A stretch of 64,000 bases of DNA, taken from positions 113,504 to 177,503 of the forward strand of contig CANHGM010000002.1 in assembly GCA_947460345.1 (NCBI GenBank), read 5' to 3'. Under the pieces are notes generated by a model. That model was not told the DNA's origin, ran no database searches, and saw only the letters and a program-made list of their open reading frames with translations. The DNA comes from Bacteroidota bacterium (GTDB lineage Bacteria > Bacteroidota > Bacteroidia > UKL13-3). Position numbers and translations under genes: made by a program. Positions 21,101 through 30,488 of the stretch are shown here, piece by piece (the first letter of the stretch is position 1; every line of letters begins with the position of its first letter).

Positions 21101-24100
21101 ATGAGAAAAATTGACAACAATGATTTTGAACAAGCCAATATAGATTATATAGAAATTTGGCTTATGGACCCATTTATAAAAGGTCACAGTAATAATATTA
21201 ATAACAAAGGACAATTATATTTACATTTAGGTAATGTTTCAGAAGATGTATTAAAAGACTCTAGAAAAAGTTTTGAAAATGGGCTTCCATTTGATAAAGG
21301 TAATATAGTTAATGTTGATACCACAAATTGGGGTAGAGTTCCTAGTTTACCAACTATTAATACCAATTTCAATAACGATCCCAATGCTCGATATACTCAA
21401 GATGTGGGCTATGATGGATTTAATGATATTGAAGAAAGACTTTTTCGTAAGAAAAACTATTTAGATACATTAGAAAAATTATTTGGAAACAATTCTACAG
21501 CTTTTCAAAATGCTAATAATGATCCCTCATCTGATAATTATCATTACTATAGGGGAAGAGATTACGATTCAGCTAAAGTAAATATAATCCAAAGACAAAA
21601 GTTTTTAAATGGCCCAGACGGAAATTCACCATCACCTAATGCAGCTCCAGTTCATCAGCCACAAGAATCATATCCTGTAGGCATAACCATGCAACCTAAT
21701 GATGAAGATATCAATAGAGACTTTACATTAAATGAAGTAGAAGAATATTACCAATATAGAATTGATATAGATAAAGGAAGATTAAGGGTTGGCGAAAATT
21801 ATGTAACAGATAGTGTAACATCATCAGTTTCTCTTAAAAATGGTAATAAAGAAGATGTGACTTGGTATCAGTTTAAAATTCCAATTAGGTCATATGAAAA
21901 AAAAGTAGGTCAGATTCCAGATTTTAAATCAATTCGATTTATAAGACTTGCTGCATCTGGCTTTAGTGATAGCATTATCATGAGGTTTGGAGCCCTTCAA
22001 CTTGTGAGGGCTGATTGGAGAAAGTATTTATTTTCACTTGCAACCCCAGGTGATGTGAATCCAATAGACCCAGTTGATAATACATCATATATTGTTTCAA
22101 CAGTTAATATAGAAAAGAATGGAAGAAGACAACCAATTCCATATGTTTTACCTCCTAAAATATTTAGAACAATTGACCCAACTACACCCAATCCTGTTCA
22201 ACAAAATGAACAATCATTGTCTCTTGCCGTATGCGGGTTGAAAGATGGAGATGCTAGAGCAGCATTTAAAAACACCAAATTTGATATAAGAAATTATAAT
22301 AAATTTAAATTGTTTATTCATGCAGAAGCATTTAGGAACGAAGTATTAAATGATGGTGACTTGTCAGCTTTTGTAAGAATGGGAACAGACTTTACTAATA
22401 ATTATTATGAAATTGAAATCCCTTTAAAGTTAACTAATCCTGGTTCTACTAACGAAAATGATATTTGGCCAGCAGCTAACGAATTAGATATAGATATTCA
22501 AGAGTTTGTTCAGTTGAAATTAGATAGGATAAGAGTAAATGCTGGCAATAGTGTTTTTTATGAAAAAATACTACCAGATGGAAAACGAATATCTGTTATT
22601 GGAATTCCTGATATGAGCAATCTTAGAGTGATGATGTTGGGGATAAGAAATCCTAAAAAAACAGATGCTGCAAGTAGTGATGATGGTTTATCAAAATGTG
22701 GTGAAGTTTGGTTTAATGAAATGAGGGTAAGTGGTTTTGATAATCCTGGAGGGTGGGCAGCTACTGGCAGAATGACAAGCAAATTAGCAGATCTTGGTAA
22801 TTTCAATATGTCTGGAAGTATTACAACAGTTGGATATGGCGGTATTGATAAAAAACTAAATGAAAGAGCCAGGAATAATACCATGATTTTTGATGTGAAC
22901 ACCAATCTTGAATTAGGCAAGTTTTTCCCACAAAAGTCAGGTGTTAGCATACCGTTTTTTTATGGATATACTCAAACGATTTTAAGACCTCATTTCTATC
23001 CTTTGAATCCAGATGTACCTATGGATTCTATTTTAGCTGTATCATCTGCTGCTGATGGCAATTTAGCAAAACAAAGTGCTGATGATTTTACATCAAGAAG
23101 AAGTTGGAATTTGACCAATGTACGTAAAAATAAAACGGGTACTAAAAAGACAATGCCTTGGGATTTACCTAATTTTAATTTTACTTATGCTTTTAATGAG
23201 TACAATAAACGAAACCAAAATATAGCATATAATAAAATTAAAACGTATCAATTTGTAGTAAATTGGGTGTATCAGCTGCCAGTAAAGAAAGGCATTGAAC
23301 CATTTAAATGGGTAGGTAAAAGTAAATGGCTACAGTTAATTCATGATTTTAATTTTATGCCAATTCCGCAATCATATAGTATCATTACGCAAACAGATAG
23401 GCGATATGCTGAATTACAAAACAGGGCAAATGATGATGTAGCAGCTCAAAAATTTATAGATACATTGTATGATAAAAATTTTACCAATAAACGTATTTAT
23501 GATATCAAATGGGATTTGACAAAAGCACTTAAAATTACATATAATGCAATAGTTCAAGCTAGAATAGATGAGCCAATTGGTGTTATATATACCCGTTCAG
23601 GTGAAGGTCATGATTCGATATTAAAGAATATTAAAAATGGAGGAAGGATAACAGATTATAATCAACAAACCAACATAAGCTATACTGTACCTTTTAATAA
23701 ATTCCCGTTAACCAATTGGATAACAACAGGCGTAAACTATGGTGTTAACTACGCTTGGAAAACGGCTCCACCGGCATTGGGAGATACAGTGGGAAATTCA
23801 ATCTCAAACTCACAAAATGTTAGTTTGAATGGACAGTTTAATTTTATTCAACTATACAGTAAATTAAAAATACTTGATGAAATCAACAAAGGAACGTGGC
23901 TTAAGAAGCCAAAAGCAACTGCAAAACCAAATGGAAATAATAGACCTAATAAAAAAACATTTGAAAAGAACCCTAAAAAAGGTGATGAAAAAGAAGAAGC
24001 TATAGACGGAGGTGAAGAAGAAAAGGTAGAAGAACCTAAACCATCATTTGGCAAGAAAATATTGAATCATTCTATCAGGTTTTTATTGATGGCTAAGAAT

Positions 24101-25423
24101 GTTACATTTACATATTCTGAAACCAATGCAACCAACTTACCAGGCTTTAAACCTAAACCAAAATACTTAGGACAAGACTTTGATTTATCAGCACCAGGAT
24201 TAGATTTTATATTTGGAAGTCAAGATACAAAAGTTAAAAACAGAGCTGCAGAAAATGGTTGGCTTACCAACAGTTCAAATATGTTTAATCAATATATGAG
24301 TGCAAGTACAAAAAACTTTAGAGCCAATGCCACATTAGAGCCATTTCCCGATTTTAGAATCCAAATGAATTGGGATAGAAGCTACTCAAATTCATTTACG
24401 AGTTTCTTTAAGTATGATGACACCACCCATACTTTCAGAGATTTCACTCCTATGCAAACAGGTTCATTTTCTACAACTTATTTTGCATGGCCCACAGCAT
24501 TTAAAAAATCTGATACTGCAAGCAGTGAAGTCTTTAACACTATGGAAGCAAATAGGATAGTAATAGCTAAAGAACTGCAAAGACAAGACGATAGGTCTAG
24601 AGGATTAGGAAACGATACAAACAATTATCCTCTAGGATATGGACCATTGCAACAAGATGTTCTTGTAAATTCATTTATAGCTGCTTACAGTGGTAAAGAT
24701 GTAAATAAATACAAATCAGATTTGTTTCCCAAAATGCCAGCCCCTAATTGGAGAATTACTTGGAATGGTTTAACAAAAATTAAAAAAATAGGAGAAATAT
24801 TTAGCAATATTAGTATTAGCCATGGTTACACATCTAAATATACTGTTGGAGCATATAGCAGTAGCTTGAAATATAACCAAAGTGTATCAGCAGTGAAAGG
24901 AAGTCCACTTGAGCCACAGATAATAATGCAAAGTATAACTATATCAGAACAATTTTCACCACTGATAGGCATTGATATTGCAACCAAAAAGAACTTTACT
25001 ACTAAGTTTGAATATAAGAAAGATAGAACGATGAATTTACTTACTGGGAATGCACAATTAACAGAACAAAAAAACAGTGAGTTTGTCTTTGGAGTTGGTT
25101 ATAGAAAAAAAGGGTTTAAAATACCATTCATCGTAGTTCAAGGTGGAAGAAGGTTAGTATTAGAAAATGAAATAACTTTTAGATTCGATTTTTCTATACG
25201 TGACCAATGGACAACAATTAGAAAATTTGACATAGCTAATGGATCAATACCCACAGCAGGCTCAAAAATAATGAAAATAAAGCCTGAGATTAATTATAAT
25301 ATAAATGACCACATGACGCTTAGGATATTTTATGATAGAACGGTTACAAAGCCTTATACCTCAAATTCATTTCCAACGGCTATTACTCAATTTGGAATTA
25401 CAATTAGGTATACTTTGCAATAG
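18152..25423 (+). CDS. sprA: Type IX secretion system outer-membrane translocon SprA
   Basis: 2423 aa with LKLLK, LMMKNIY, DDFE, YIEIWLMDPF, EVWFNEMR and TISEQFSPLIG motifs; ends IRYTL; follows ruvA as in other Bacteroidota. Confidence 0.96.
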   Translation: MIKSSFINSNRFFILLIIFVSVKTISWTSPVVFKSKSNTIIVPGDSSKSDTSKFKVNPQWFKKYKNPISLKDPSNLKTSFEFDTASNKGYIKKTQLGNTKIKANEELSIDEYRKQQEDKANKEYFKKRSQAQNFVKSGGGFLDKFKLDTNDLFKKILGKVEIKPSGSAELTFGGNFNTVRNPQFTARQQKNGQFVFNQKIQLNVTGSIGDQFKINTNYNTDAIFDFENLMKVNWQGKPDQIVKSVEVGNVSMPLNGTLIQGGMNLFGAKVKLQFGKLTTTVLFSQQKGKSQEVELQGGAQVTPFDIQCDQYDPNRHYFLTQYFRDNYETWLSRPPLVQSPIQITRIEVWVTNRTGAFENARDVIGFMDLGENKDAYIYRKNVVSATNTFPSPANEANTLFGKLQNNSNLRSTFSCIKELENNFQFTGAKQIEDYQLVNYARQLNASEYSLNSRLGYISLNQALNNDEVLAVAFEYTINGQVFQVGEFARDQPANIQNPNVLFLKLLKTVSIRPDLPSWKLMMKNIYSIGSYQMQSTNFKLQVVYADDPSNADLPYIPAENEPNVGKKNLVQVLNLDRINTQNELQPDGQFDWLEGITVNAQQGRIILPMLEPFGDFLRSKFKEPNGTNADYYAFDALYDSTRWAAQQQALKNKFFLRGSFQGTATNEISLNAFNIPKGSVRVTYNGTPLKEGEDYQVDYSIGRVKILNTGILNSGGTIKASFENNTALSIQQKTLYGTRLDYKINNDFLIGSTLLHLRERPLIPKVGLGDEPLSNTVIGFDGTYKTESRWLTKMIDRLPFLATKEMSNLMVTGEFAKIIPGVSPAIKRSLDPTGVSYLDDFEASETPYDLRVPQQSWFLASTPQGDIIQNNIFKGGDKKNELEFRNYVGKLSWYTLDPLFYRGDNLTPTHIKNDVDQLSNHYVREVRANEVYPNKQIQQGYPQTLPTFDLSYFPNQRGPYNFRVNDLNADGTFKDPQNNWAGIMRKIDNNDFEQANIDYIEIWLMDPFIKGHSNNINNKGQLYLHLGNVSEDVLKDSRKSFENGLPFDKGNIVNVDTTNWGRVPSLPTINTNFNNDPNARYTQDVGYDGFNDIEERLFRKKNYLDTLEKLFGNNSTAFQNANNDPSSDNYHYYRGRDYDSAKVNIIQRQKFLNGPDGNSPSPNAAPVHQPQESYPVGITMQPNDEDINRDFTLNEVEEYYQYRIDIDKGRLRVGENYVTDSVTSSVSLKNGNKEDVTWYQFKIPIRSYEKKVGQIPDFKSIRFIRLAASGFSDSIIMRFGALQLVRADWRKYLFSLATPGDVNPIDPVDNTSYIVSTVNIEKNGRRQPIPYVLPPKIFRTIDPTTPNPVQQNEQSLSLAVCGLKDGDARAAFKNTKFDIRNYNKFKLFIHAEAFRNEVLNDGDLSAFVRMGTDFTNNYYEIEIPLKLTNPGSTNENDIWPAANELDIDIQEFVQLKLDRIRVNAGNSVFYEKILPDGKRISVIGIPDMSNLRVMMLGIRNPKKTDAASSDDGLSKCGEVWFNEMRVSGFDNPGGWAATGRMTSKLADLGNFNMSGSITTVGYGGIDKKLNERARNNTMIFDVNTNLELGKFFPQKSGVSIPFFYGYTQTILRPHFYPLNPDVPMDSILAVSSAADGNLAKQSADDFTSRRSWNLTNVRKNKTGTKKTMPWDLPNFNFTYAFNEYNKRNQNIAYNKIKTYQFVVNWVYQLPVKKGIEPFKWVGKSKWLQLIHDFNFMPIPQSYSIITQTDRRYAELQNRANDDVAAQKFIDTLYDKNFTNKRIYDIKWDLTKALKITYNAIVQARIDEPIGVIYTRSGEGHDSILKNIKNGGRITDYNQQTNISYTVPFNKFPLTNWITTGVNYGVNYAWKTAPPALGDTVGNSISNSQNVSLNGQFNFIQLYSKLKILDEINKGTWLKKPKATAKPNGNNRPNKKTFEKNPKKGDEKEEAIDGGEEEKVEEPKPSFGKKILNHSIRFLLMAKNVTFTYSETNATNLPGFKPKPKYLGQDFDLSAPGLDFIFGSQDTKVKNRAAENGWLTNSSNMFNQYMSASTKNFRANATLEPFPDFRIQMNWDRSYSNSFTSFFKYDDTTHTFRDFTPMQTGSFSTTYFAWPTAFKKSDTASSEVFNTMEANRIVIAKELQRQDDRSRGLGNDTNNYPLGYGPLQQDVLVNSFIAAYSGKDVNKYKSDLFPKMPAPNWRITWNGLTKIKKIGEIFSNISISHGYTSKYTVGAYSSSLKYNQSVSAVKGSPLEPQIIMQSITISEQFSPLIGIDIATKKNFTTKFEYKKDRTMNLLTGNAQLTEQKNSEFVFGVGYRKKGFKIPFIVVQGGRRLVLENEITFRFDFSIRDQWTTIRKFDIANGSIPTAGSKIMKIKPEINYNINDHMTLRIFYDRTVTKPYTSNSFPTAITQFGITIRYTLQ

Positions 25424-25568
25424 ATATATATATATATAGTTCATTAAATGAGCTGTATACCAATGTTTATATTCTTTTTGCTTCTAGCTTTTTTTATATT
25501 TAGTTTGAATAGATTTAGATGTGTTTTATTGTAATTTCGCTGTAAAATAAATAAGTATCAAAACACTC

Positions 25569-25617
25569 TTAACCTTTTGATAATATATAGATAAGGTTTA
25601 TGTTACAGTATAATAAG
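25569..25617 (+). promoter_or_regulatory. 11-bp-phased direct repeats, putative OmpR/PhoB-type operator
   Basis: TTAAC (25569), ATAAT (25580), ATAAG (25591), GTTAC (25602) and ATAAG (25613), at exact 11-bp spacing upstream of the response regulator. Confidence 0.4.
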
Positions 25618-25647
25618 ATTATTGTGTCAAAATAAAATATAAATTGA

Positions 25648-26331
25648 ATGATGGATTTTCAGGGTAATAAAATATTGATTGTAGATGATGAACCAGATAT
25701 CATTGAGTTCATAAGCTATAATTTAAAGAAAGAGGGGTTCAAAATAAATCATGCATCAAATGGTAAAGAAGCTTTAGAAAAAATTTCTTCTTTTAAGCCA
25801 GATTTAGTTTTATTAGATGTAATGATGCCAATAATGGATGGTATTGAAGCTTGTAAGCAAATGCGAACAATGCCTGAAATGAAAGAGTCGTTTATAGTTT
25901 TTTTAACAGCAAGAAGTGAAGAGTATAGCGAGATTAATGGTTTTAATGCTGGAGCAGATGATTATATCGCAAAACCTATTAAACCTCAATTGTTGATGAG
26001 TAGAATTAAAGCTATTTTAAGAAGAAAAAATGGTGATGAAGATCAACAATCATTAAATGTATCAAATATTATTATAGATAGAGAATCTTATTTAGTATAT
26101 AGAGGAGAAGAAAAAATACAACTTGCTCGAAAAGAATTTGAACTGTTGTTTTTATTAGCAAGTAAACCCGGAAAAGTATTTAATAGAGATTATATTTTAG
26201 AAAAAGTTTGGGGAGAGGATGTGCTAGTAGTAGATAGAACAATTGATGTTCATATTAGAAAAATCAGAGAAAAATTAGGTGACGATTATATAGTTACAGT
26301 TAAAGGAGTAGGATATAAGTTTAATAAATAA
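25648..26331 (+). CDS. OmpR/PhoB-family response regulator
   Basis: Receiver domain (VDDE, LLDVMMP, GADDYIAKP) plus winged helix (KEFELL, RTIDVHIRKIR, TVKGVGYK). Confidence 0.95.
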   Translation: MMDFQGNKILIVDDEPDIIEFISYNLKKEGFKINHASNGKEALEKISSFKPDLVLLDVMMPIMDGIEACKQMRTMPEMKESFIVFLTARSEEYSEINGFNAGADDYIAKPIKPQLLMSRIKAILRRKNGDEDQQSLNVSNIIIDRESYLVYRGEEKIQLARKEFELLFLLASKPGKVFNRDYILEKVWGEDVLVVDRTIDVHIRKIREKLGDDYIVTVKGVGYKFNK

Positions 26332-26339
26332 ACTTTCTA

Positions 26340-28211
26340 TTAACTATTCATAGTCATTAAAAACTCATTGTTAGTTTGAGTTCCATTCATATGTTTCTTT
26401 AATGTTTCCATAGCTTCCTCAGGGTTCATGTCTGATAGGTATTTACGCAATATCCAAATCTTTTGTAAAGTTGACTTATCTATCAATAAATCTTCTCTTC
26501 TAGTTCCAGATGCTAGTATGTCAATAGCTGGGAATACACGTTTGTTTGATAATTTTCTATCAAGTTGAAGCTCCATATTTCCAGTACCTTTAAATTCTTC
26601 AAAGATAACTTCATCCATTTTTGATCCAGTATCAACCAAAGCTGTTGCAATAATTGTTAATGAACCACCATTTTCAATTTTTCTAGCTGCACCAAAAAAA
26701 CGTTTAGGTTTTTGAAGAGCATTGGCTTCAACTCCTCCACTAAGTACTTTGCCTGATGAAGGTGCAACAGTGTTGTATGCTCTAGCTAAACGTGTAATCG
26801 AATCAAGCAATATAACTACATCATGACCGCATTCTACAAGTCTTTTAGCTTTTTCGTGTACCATATTGGCTAATTTTACATGTTTTTCAGCAGGCTCATC
26901 AAAAGTAGATGCAACAACTTCAGCTTTAACACTCCTAGCCATATCGGTTACCTCTTCAGGTCTTTCGTCTACAAGTAATATAATTAAATAACATTCAGGA
27001 TGATTTTCAGCTATAGCATTTGCAATATCCTTTAAAAGCATGGTTTTCCCGGTCTTGGGTTGAGCTACTATCAATCCTCTTTGCCCTTTACCTATGGGTG
27101 CTAATAAGTCTATTATTCTAGTTGAAATATTGTTTGGTTTGTTGCTTAATATTAATTGTTCGTCAGGAAACAAGGGAGTTAAATGTTCAAATGCGACTCT
27201 GTCTCTAACGTCTGCTGGGTTTTTACCATTTATAGCATCAATTTTTGTTAATGCAAAATATTTTTCGCCTTCTTTAGGAGGTCTAACCATGCCTAAAACA
27301 GTATCACCTGTTTTAAGGCCAAAAGTTTTAATTTGATTGGGTGCTACATATATATCATCAGGAGATGGCATATAATTATAATCAGGTGAGCGTAAAAACC
27401 CAAAACCATCTGTCATCATTTCTAAGACGCCTGTTGCTGCAATAATGCCTTCAAGTTCCATTAACCCCGCTTGAATCATTTCGCGTTGTTGTTGGCGTTG
27501 TTGATTTTGCAATTGTTGTTGCTGATTGGGTTGAGGAGGTGTATGAATTGGTTTGTTTATAACGGGTTGGTTGCTATTAGATTGAGTAGTGTTTGGGGCT
27601 AAAGGTTGGTTTACTGGTCTTGCTTGTTGGTTGCTTGTATTAGGGTTAGCTTGTTGGTTTTTATTGTTAGGGTTAAAAACTGGTTTTTGTGATTGAGTAG
27701 ATGGTTGATTTTGATCGGTTTTTTTCTCCCAACGGTTAGGTCTTTCAAATCTTGGCTTCAAATGTGGATTGTTGATTTGAGTTTCAGCTTTCTCTTCTAA
27801 TTTGCTTTCTGTTATAGTTCTTGTAGCATTAGATTCTTCTGTTTTTATTTCAGGTATATCTAGTTTTACGGGTACATTTTCAATCACTTTTTTCTTTCTA
27901 ACTAGCTTAGGTTTTGCATCAACTTTTAGGTTTTCATTAATAGTTGAGTTATCTATTGAATCATTAATTGATTTAACTTCATTTTTGTCATTCAAAGTCT
28001 TAGGTTTTCTAACTTTTTTAGGTTTTAAATCATCTAACTTTAATGGGTTTTCTTTTTCAATTTTCGAATCAGGCATTAAAGCTTGTTTTTCAATTATTTT
28101 ATAAATCAAATCTTGCTTGCTTAGAGCTTCAGTATTAGTTATTTGAAGAGTTTGGGCGATGTCTTTCAAATCTGACACAAATAGATTGTTTAAATAAGCT
28201 ATATCTAACAT
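26340..28211 (-). CDS. rho: Transcription termination factor Rho with long N-terminal insertion
   Basis: [46 protein letters not shown] and FKGTGNME. Confidence 0.98.
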   Translation of the reverse strand: MLDIAYLNNLFVSDLKDIAQTLQITNTEALSKQDLIYKIIEKQALMPDSKIEKENPLKLDDLKPKKVRKPKTLNDKNEVKSINDSIDNSTINENLKVDAKPKLVRKKKVIENVPVKLDIPEIKTEESNATRTITESKLEEKAETQINNPHLKPRFERPNRWEKKTDQNQPSTQSQKPVFNPNNKNQQANPNTSNQQARPVNQPLAPNTTQSNSNQPVINKPIHTPPQPNQQQQLQNQQRQQQREMIQAGLMELEGIIAATGVLEMMTDGFGFLRSPDYNYMPSPDDIYVAPNQIKTFGLKTGDTVLGMVRPPKEGEKYFALTKIDAINGKNPADVRDRVAFEHLTPLFPDEQLILSNKPNNISTRIIDLLAPIGKGQRGLIVAQPKTGKTMLLKDIANAIAENHPECYLIILLVDERPEEVTDMARSVKAEVVASTFDEPAEKHVKLANMVHEKAKRLVECGHDVVILLDSITRLARAYNTVAPSSGKVLSGGVEANALQKPKRFFGAARKIENGGSLTIIATALVDTGSKMDEVIFEEFKGTGNMELQLDRKLSNKRVFPAIDILASGTRREDLLIDKSTLQKIWILRKYLSDMNPEEAMETLKKHMNGTQTNNEFLMTMNS

Positions 28212-28395
28212 GAATATTTTTCCGATAAATTAAAGTTGAAACGAAAGGCAACCAAATTGGCGAAATGTATTTTTACAAAGCCCTTCGTATTATTTTGATA
28301 CTGCAATTATAATGATGAATTACATTGAAAAAAAATTAATTTATATGAATGTTTATTCAAAGTGTTGTTATTTGTATAAAAATATCAGACACATT

Positions 28396-28420
28396 TAAAC
28401 CTTTTAATATTTAATGTCTC
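28396..28420 (+). promoter_or_regulatory. Putative ECF autoregulatory promoter
   Basis: TAAACC followed by TGTCT at an ECF-like spacing, directly upstream of the ECF sigma gene. Confidence 0.4.
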
Positions 28421-28439
28421 TATTGTTTAATTAGAAAGT

Positions 28440-28991
28440 ATGAATGAAGAAATTGAAGATATTGAAATTTTAGCTTTGTTTAAAGATGAATCCACCAAAG
28501 AAAAAGGGTTCAAATTGCTATTGAAAAAATATCAGAAACGTATATATTGGCATATTAGAAAAATACTGGTTAGCCATGATGATACAGACGATGTAACACA
28601 AAACACTTTCGTGAAAGTTTACTATTCATTAGATGGATTTAGAGAAGAATCTAAATTATATACATGGATTTATAGAATAGCAACTAATGAATCTCTTTCT
28701 TTTATTAAGAAGAAAAAAGAATCGTTATATGCCGATTGGGATAGTGTAGAATTTGCCTTAAGTGAAAGTTTAGTAGGTGATACTTATTTTGATGGAAATC
28801 AAATTCAGTTAAAGCTTCAGCAGGCTTTGTTAACATTACCTGAAAAGCAAAGAATAGTTTTCAATATGAAGTATTTTGATCAAATTAAGTATGAAGACAT
28901 GAGTGAGATTTTAGACACTTCAGTTGGTGCTCTAAAAGCTTCATATCACCATGCAGTGAAAAAAATAGAAAAATATTTTGGACTTAATTAA
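28440..28991 (+). CDS. ECF RNA polymerase sigma factor
   Basis: Region 2 (DDVTQNTFVK...YTWIYRIATN) and region 4 (LPEKQR...KYEDMSEIL..SVGALKASYH). Confidence 0.95.
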   Translation: MNEEIEDIEILALFKDESTKEKGFKLLLKKYQKRIYWHIRKILVSHDDTDDVTQNTFVKVYYSLDGFREESKLYTWIYRIATNESLSFIKKKKESLYADWDSVEFALSESLVGDTYFDGNQIQLKLQQALLTLPEKQRIVFNMKYFDQIKYEDMSEILDTSVGALKASYHHAVKKIEKYFGLN

Positions 28992-29024
28992 ACCTATATA
29001 AATTAAAGATATCATATAAGAGTA

Positions 29025-29750
29025 ATGAACGAAGAAGATATATATATTGATTCAGCTTTGAAATTGAAAATAGGTGTAGAAACTGGTTTTATTTCTCCAA
29101 TTGGATATTTTAATGAACTAGATAATAGTATTGAGCTATCTCTAAATCAATCGTATATTCAAGAATTATCAGTGGTTCCTTTCTCAGAATCTGGTTTTGT
29201 GGCACCCGTAGGTTACTTCGAAGCTTTATCAAAAACAATTCAAGATAAAGTTGTTAACAAAGAAAATATACATAGTATTCAACCTGAAGTTGGTTCAGGA
29301 TTAAAAGTATCTGATGAATATTTTGCAAAATCATATGAAAACATTTTGCAACAAACTGTATACGCTAAACAAACTAGTAAATTAGTAAAACTTCAAACGT
29401 ATCAAAGATATATCACAAAATGGACTTCTATTGCTGCAGTTTTAATTATTGGTTTGTCAGTGTATTTTATAGTTCTGAATAATAAAATTAAACCACTTGA
29501 TGATTCAAATATTAGTTCAAGCAATTCTTTGCCTTCGTTAGAGAATGTTAATGATAGCGAAATTATAGAAACTTTAAGTGATGAAGATATTGGCGAAGAT
29601 GTTTATCAGTTGGCAGATTACCAAGAATATAAGTCAAACAAAAACACCAAAGAGGGTTTGCCTATTAAAAACTTAACTGATTCAAACAAAGCTGATCAAG
29701 AGATTGAAAAATATTTATTAGATAACATAGAAGAAATTGAAGAAATATAA
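29025..29750 (+). CDS. Putative single-pass anti-sigma factor
   Basis: Downstream of the ECF gene; repeated GF.xP.GYF motifs, TM SIAAVLIIG and an acidic C-terminus. Confidence 0.65.
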   Translation: MNEEDIYIDSALKLKIGVETGFISPIGYFNELDNSIELSLNQSYIQELSVVPFSESGFVAPVGYFEALSKTIQDKVVNKENIHSIQPEVGSGLKVSDEYFAKSYENILQQTVYAKQTSKLVKLQTYQRYITKWTSIAAVLIIGLSVYFIVLNNKIKPLDDSNISSSNSLPSLENVNDSEIIETLSDEDIGEDVYQLADYQEYKSNKNTKEGLPIKNLTDSNKADQEIEKYLLDNIEEIEEI

Positions 29751-29751
29751 C

Positions 29752-30201
29752 ATGAAAAAATTAATTATTATATATATATTGAGTTTGTTGTATACATTAA
29801 ATATATATGCTCAAGAAAATAAAATTGAGTCGTTGCGTATAGCATATTTAACTAAGAGACTGTCTTTGTCTCCTGATGAAGCCAAATTGTTTTGGCCTTT
29901 ATATGATCAATATAAAAAAGAAAATCAAGATTTACGCATTAAGTATAAATATGCTTTGAAACTAGAACCTGAAGAATTAGCTTTAAAAAGTGAAGCCGAA
30001 GCAGCTAAGATTATTACAGAAATTATTTCATTTAAACAGGCTCAAATAGACTTAACTAAAAGGTATGTTATAGAGTTTAATAAGGCTATTTCGAAGAAAA
30101 AAATTGCATTGTTATATAAAGCAGAAGAAGATTTTAAGAAAGAGCTAATCAAAAGACTTCAAAAAAACGGTAAAACAAAACCTAGTATAGGGGAGGATTA
30201 A
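29752..30201 (+). CDS. Periplasmic helical protein of the ECF operon
   Basis: Signal peptide from MKKLII; LRIAYLT..L.L.PDEA..FWPLY motif common in the third gene of Bacteroidota ECF clusters. Confidence 0.7.
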   Translation: MKKLIIIYILSLLYTLNIYAQENKIESLRIAYLTKRLSLSPDEAKLFWPLYDQYKKENQDLRIKYKYALKLEPEELALKSEAEAAKIITEIISFKQAQIDLTKRYVIEFNKAISKKKIALLYKAEEDFKKELIKRLQKNGKTKPSIGED

Positions 30202-30462
30202 TTTTGGTTAAATACGGCTACTTTTCTGTTTATATATTTCCCGTTTAGATAGATATTTAGAGTATATATGCATCTTGAGACATCAACTGAATTCATTCGA
30301 AATGGAAGACTTCTTTCCATAGGCCTGCTTACCCAACCTCCAGTTTTAGTTACATCATATCTTCCGGTGTCTGATAGCGTTAATAATTTAGTTGATATTA
30401 CAATATATATTAGCACTTAGTAAGAATTTTGAATCTTTTGTTTATTAAAAACAAAATAGAAT

Positions 30463-30470
30463 TACTTTTG
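30463..30470 (+). promoter_or_regulatory. Primary-sigma -7 element for lysA
   Basis: TACTTTTG, with TTTG upstream at 30437-30440. Supports the ATG start at 30489. Confidence 0.6.
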
Positions 30471-30488
30471 CGACAGTATAAAATTATC

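Noticed and set aside
23890-24060. Lys/Glu-rich low-complexity insert in SprA
   Set aside because: A variable charged loop near the C-terminal third is usual in SprA homologues.
25424-25438. (AT)n run after the sprA stop
   Set aside because: Short, intergenic and expected in AT-rich DNA; no evidence of phase variation.
30200-30488. Lysine riboswitch upstream of lysA
   Set aside because: No recognisable L-box motifs, and the -7 promoter element lies only ~20 nt before the start codon.
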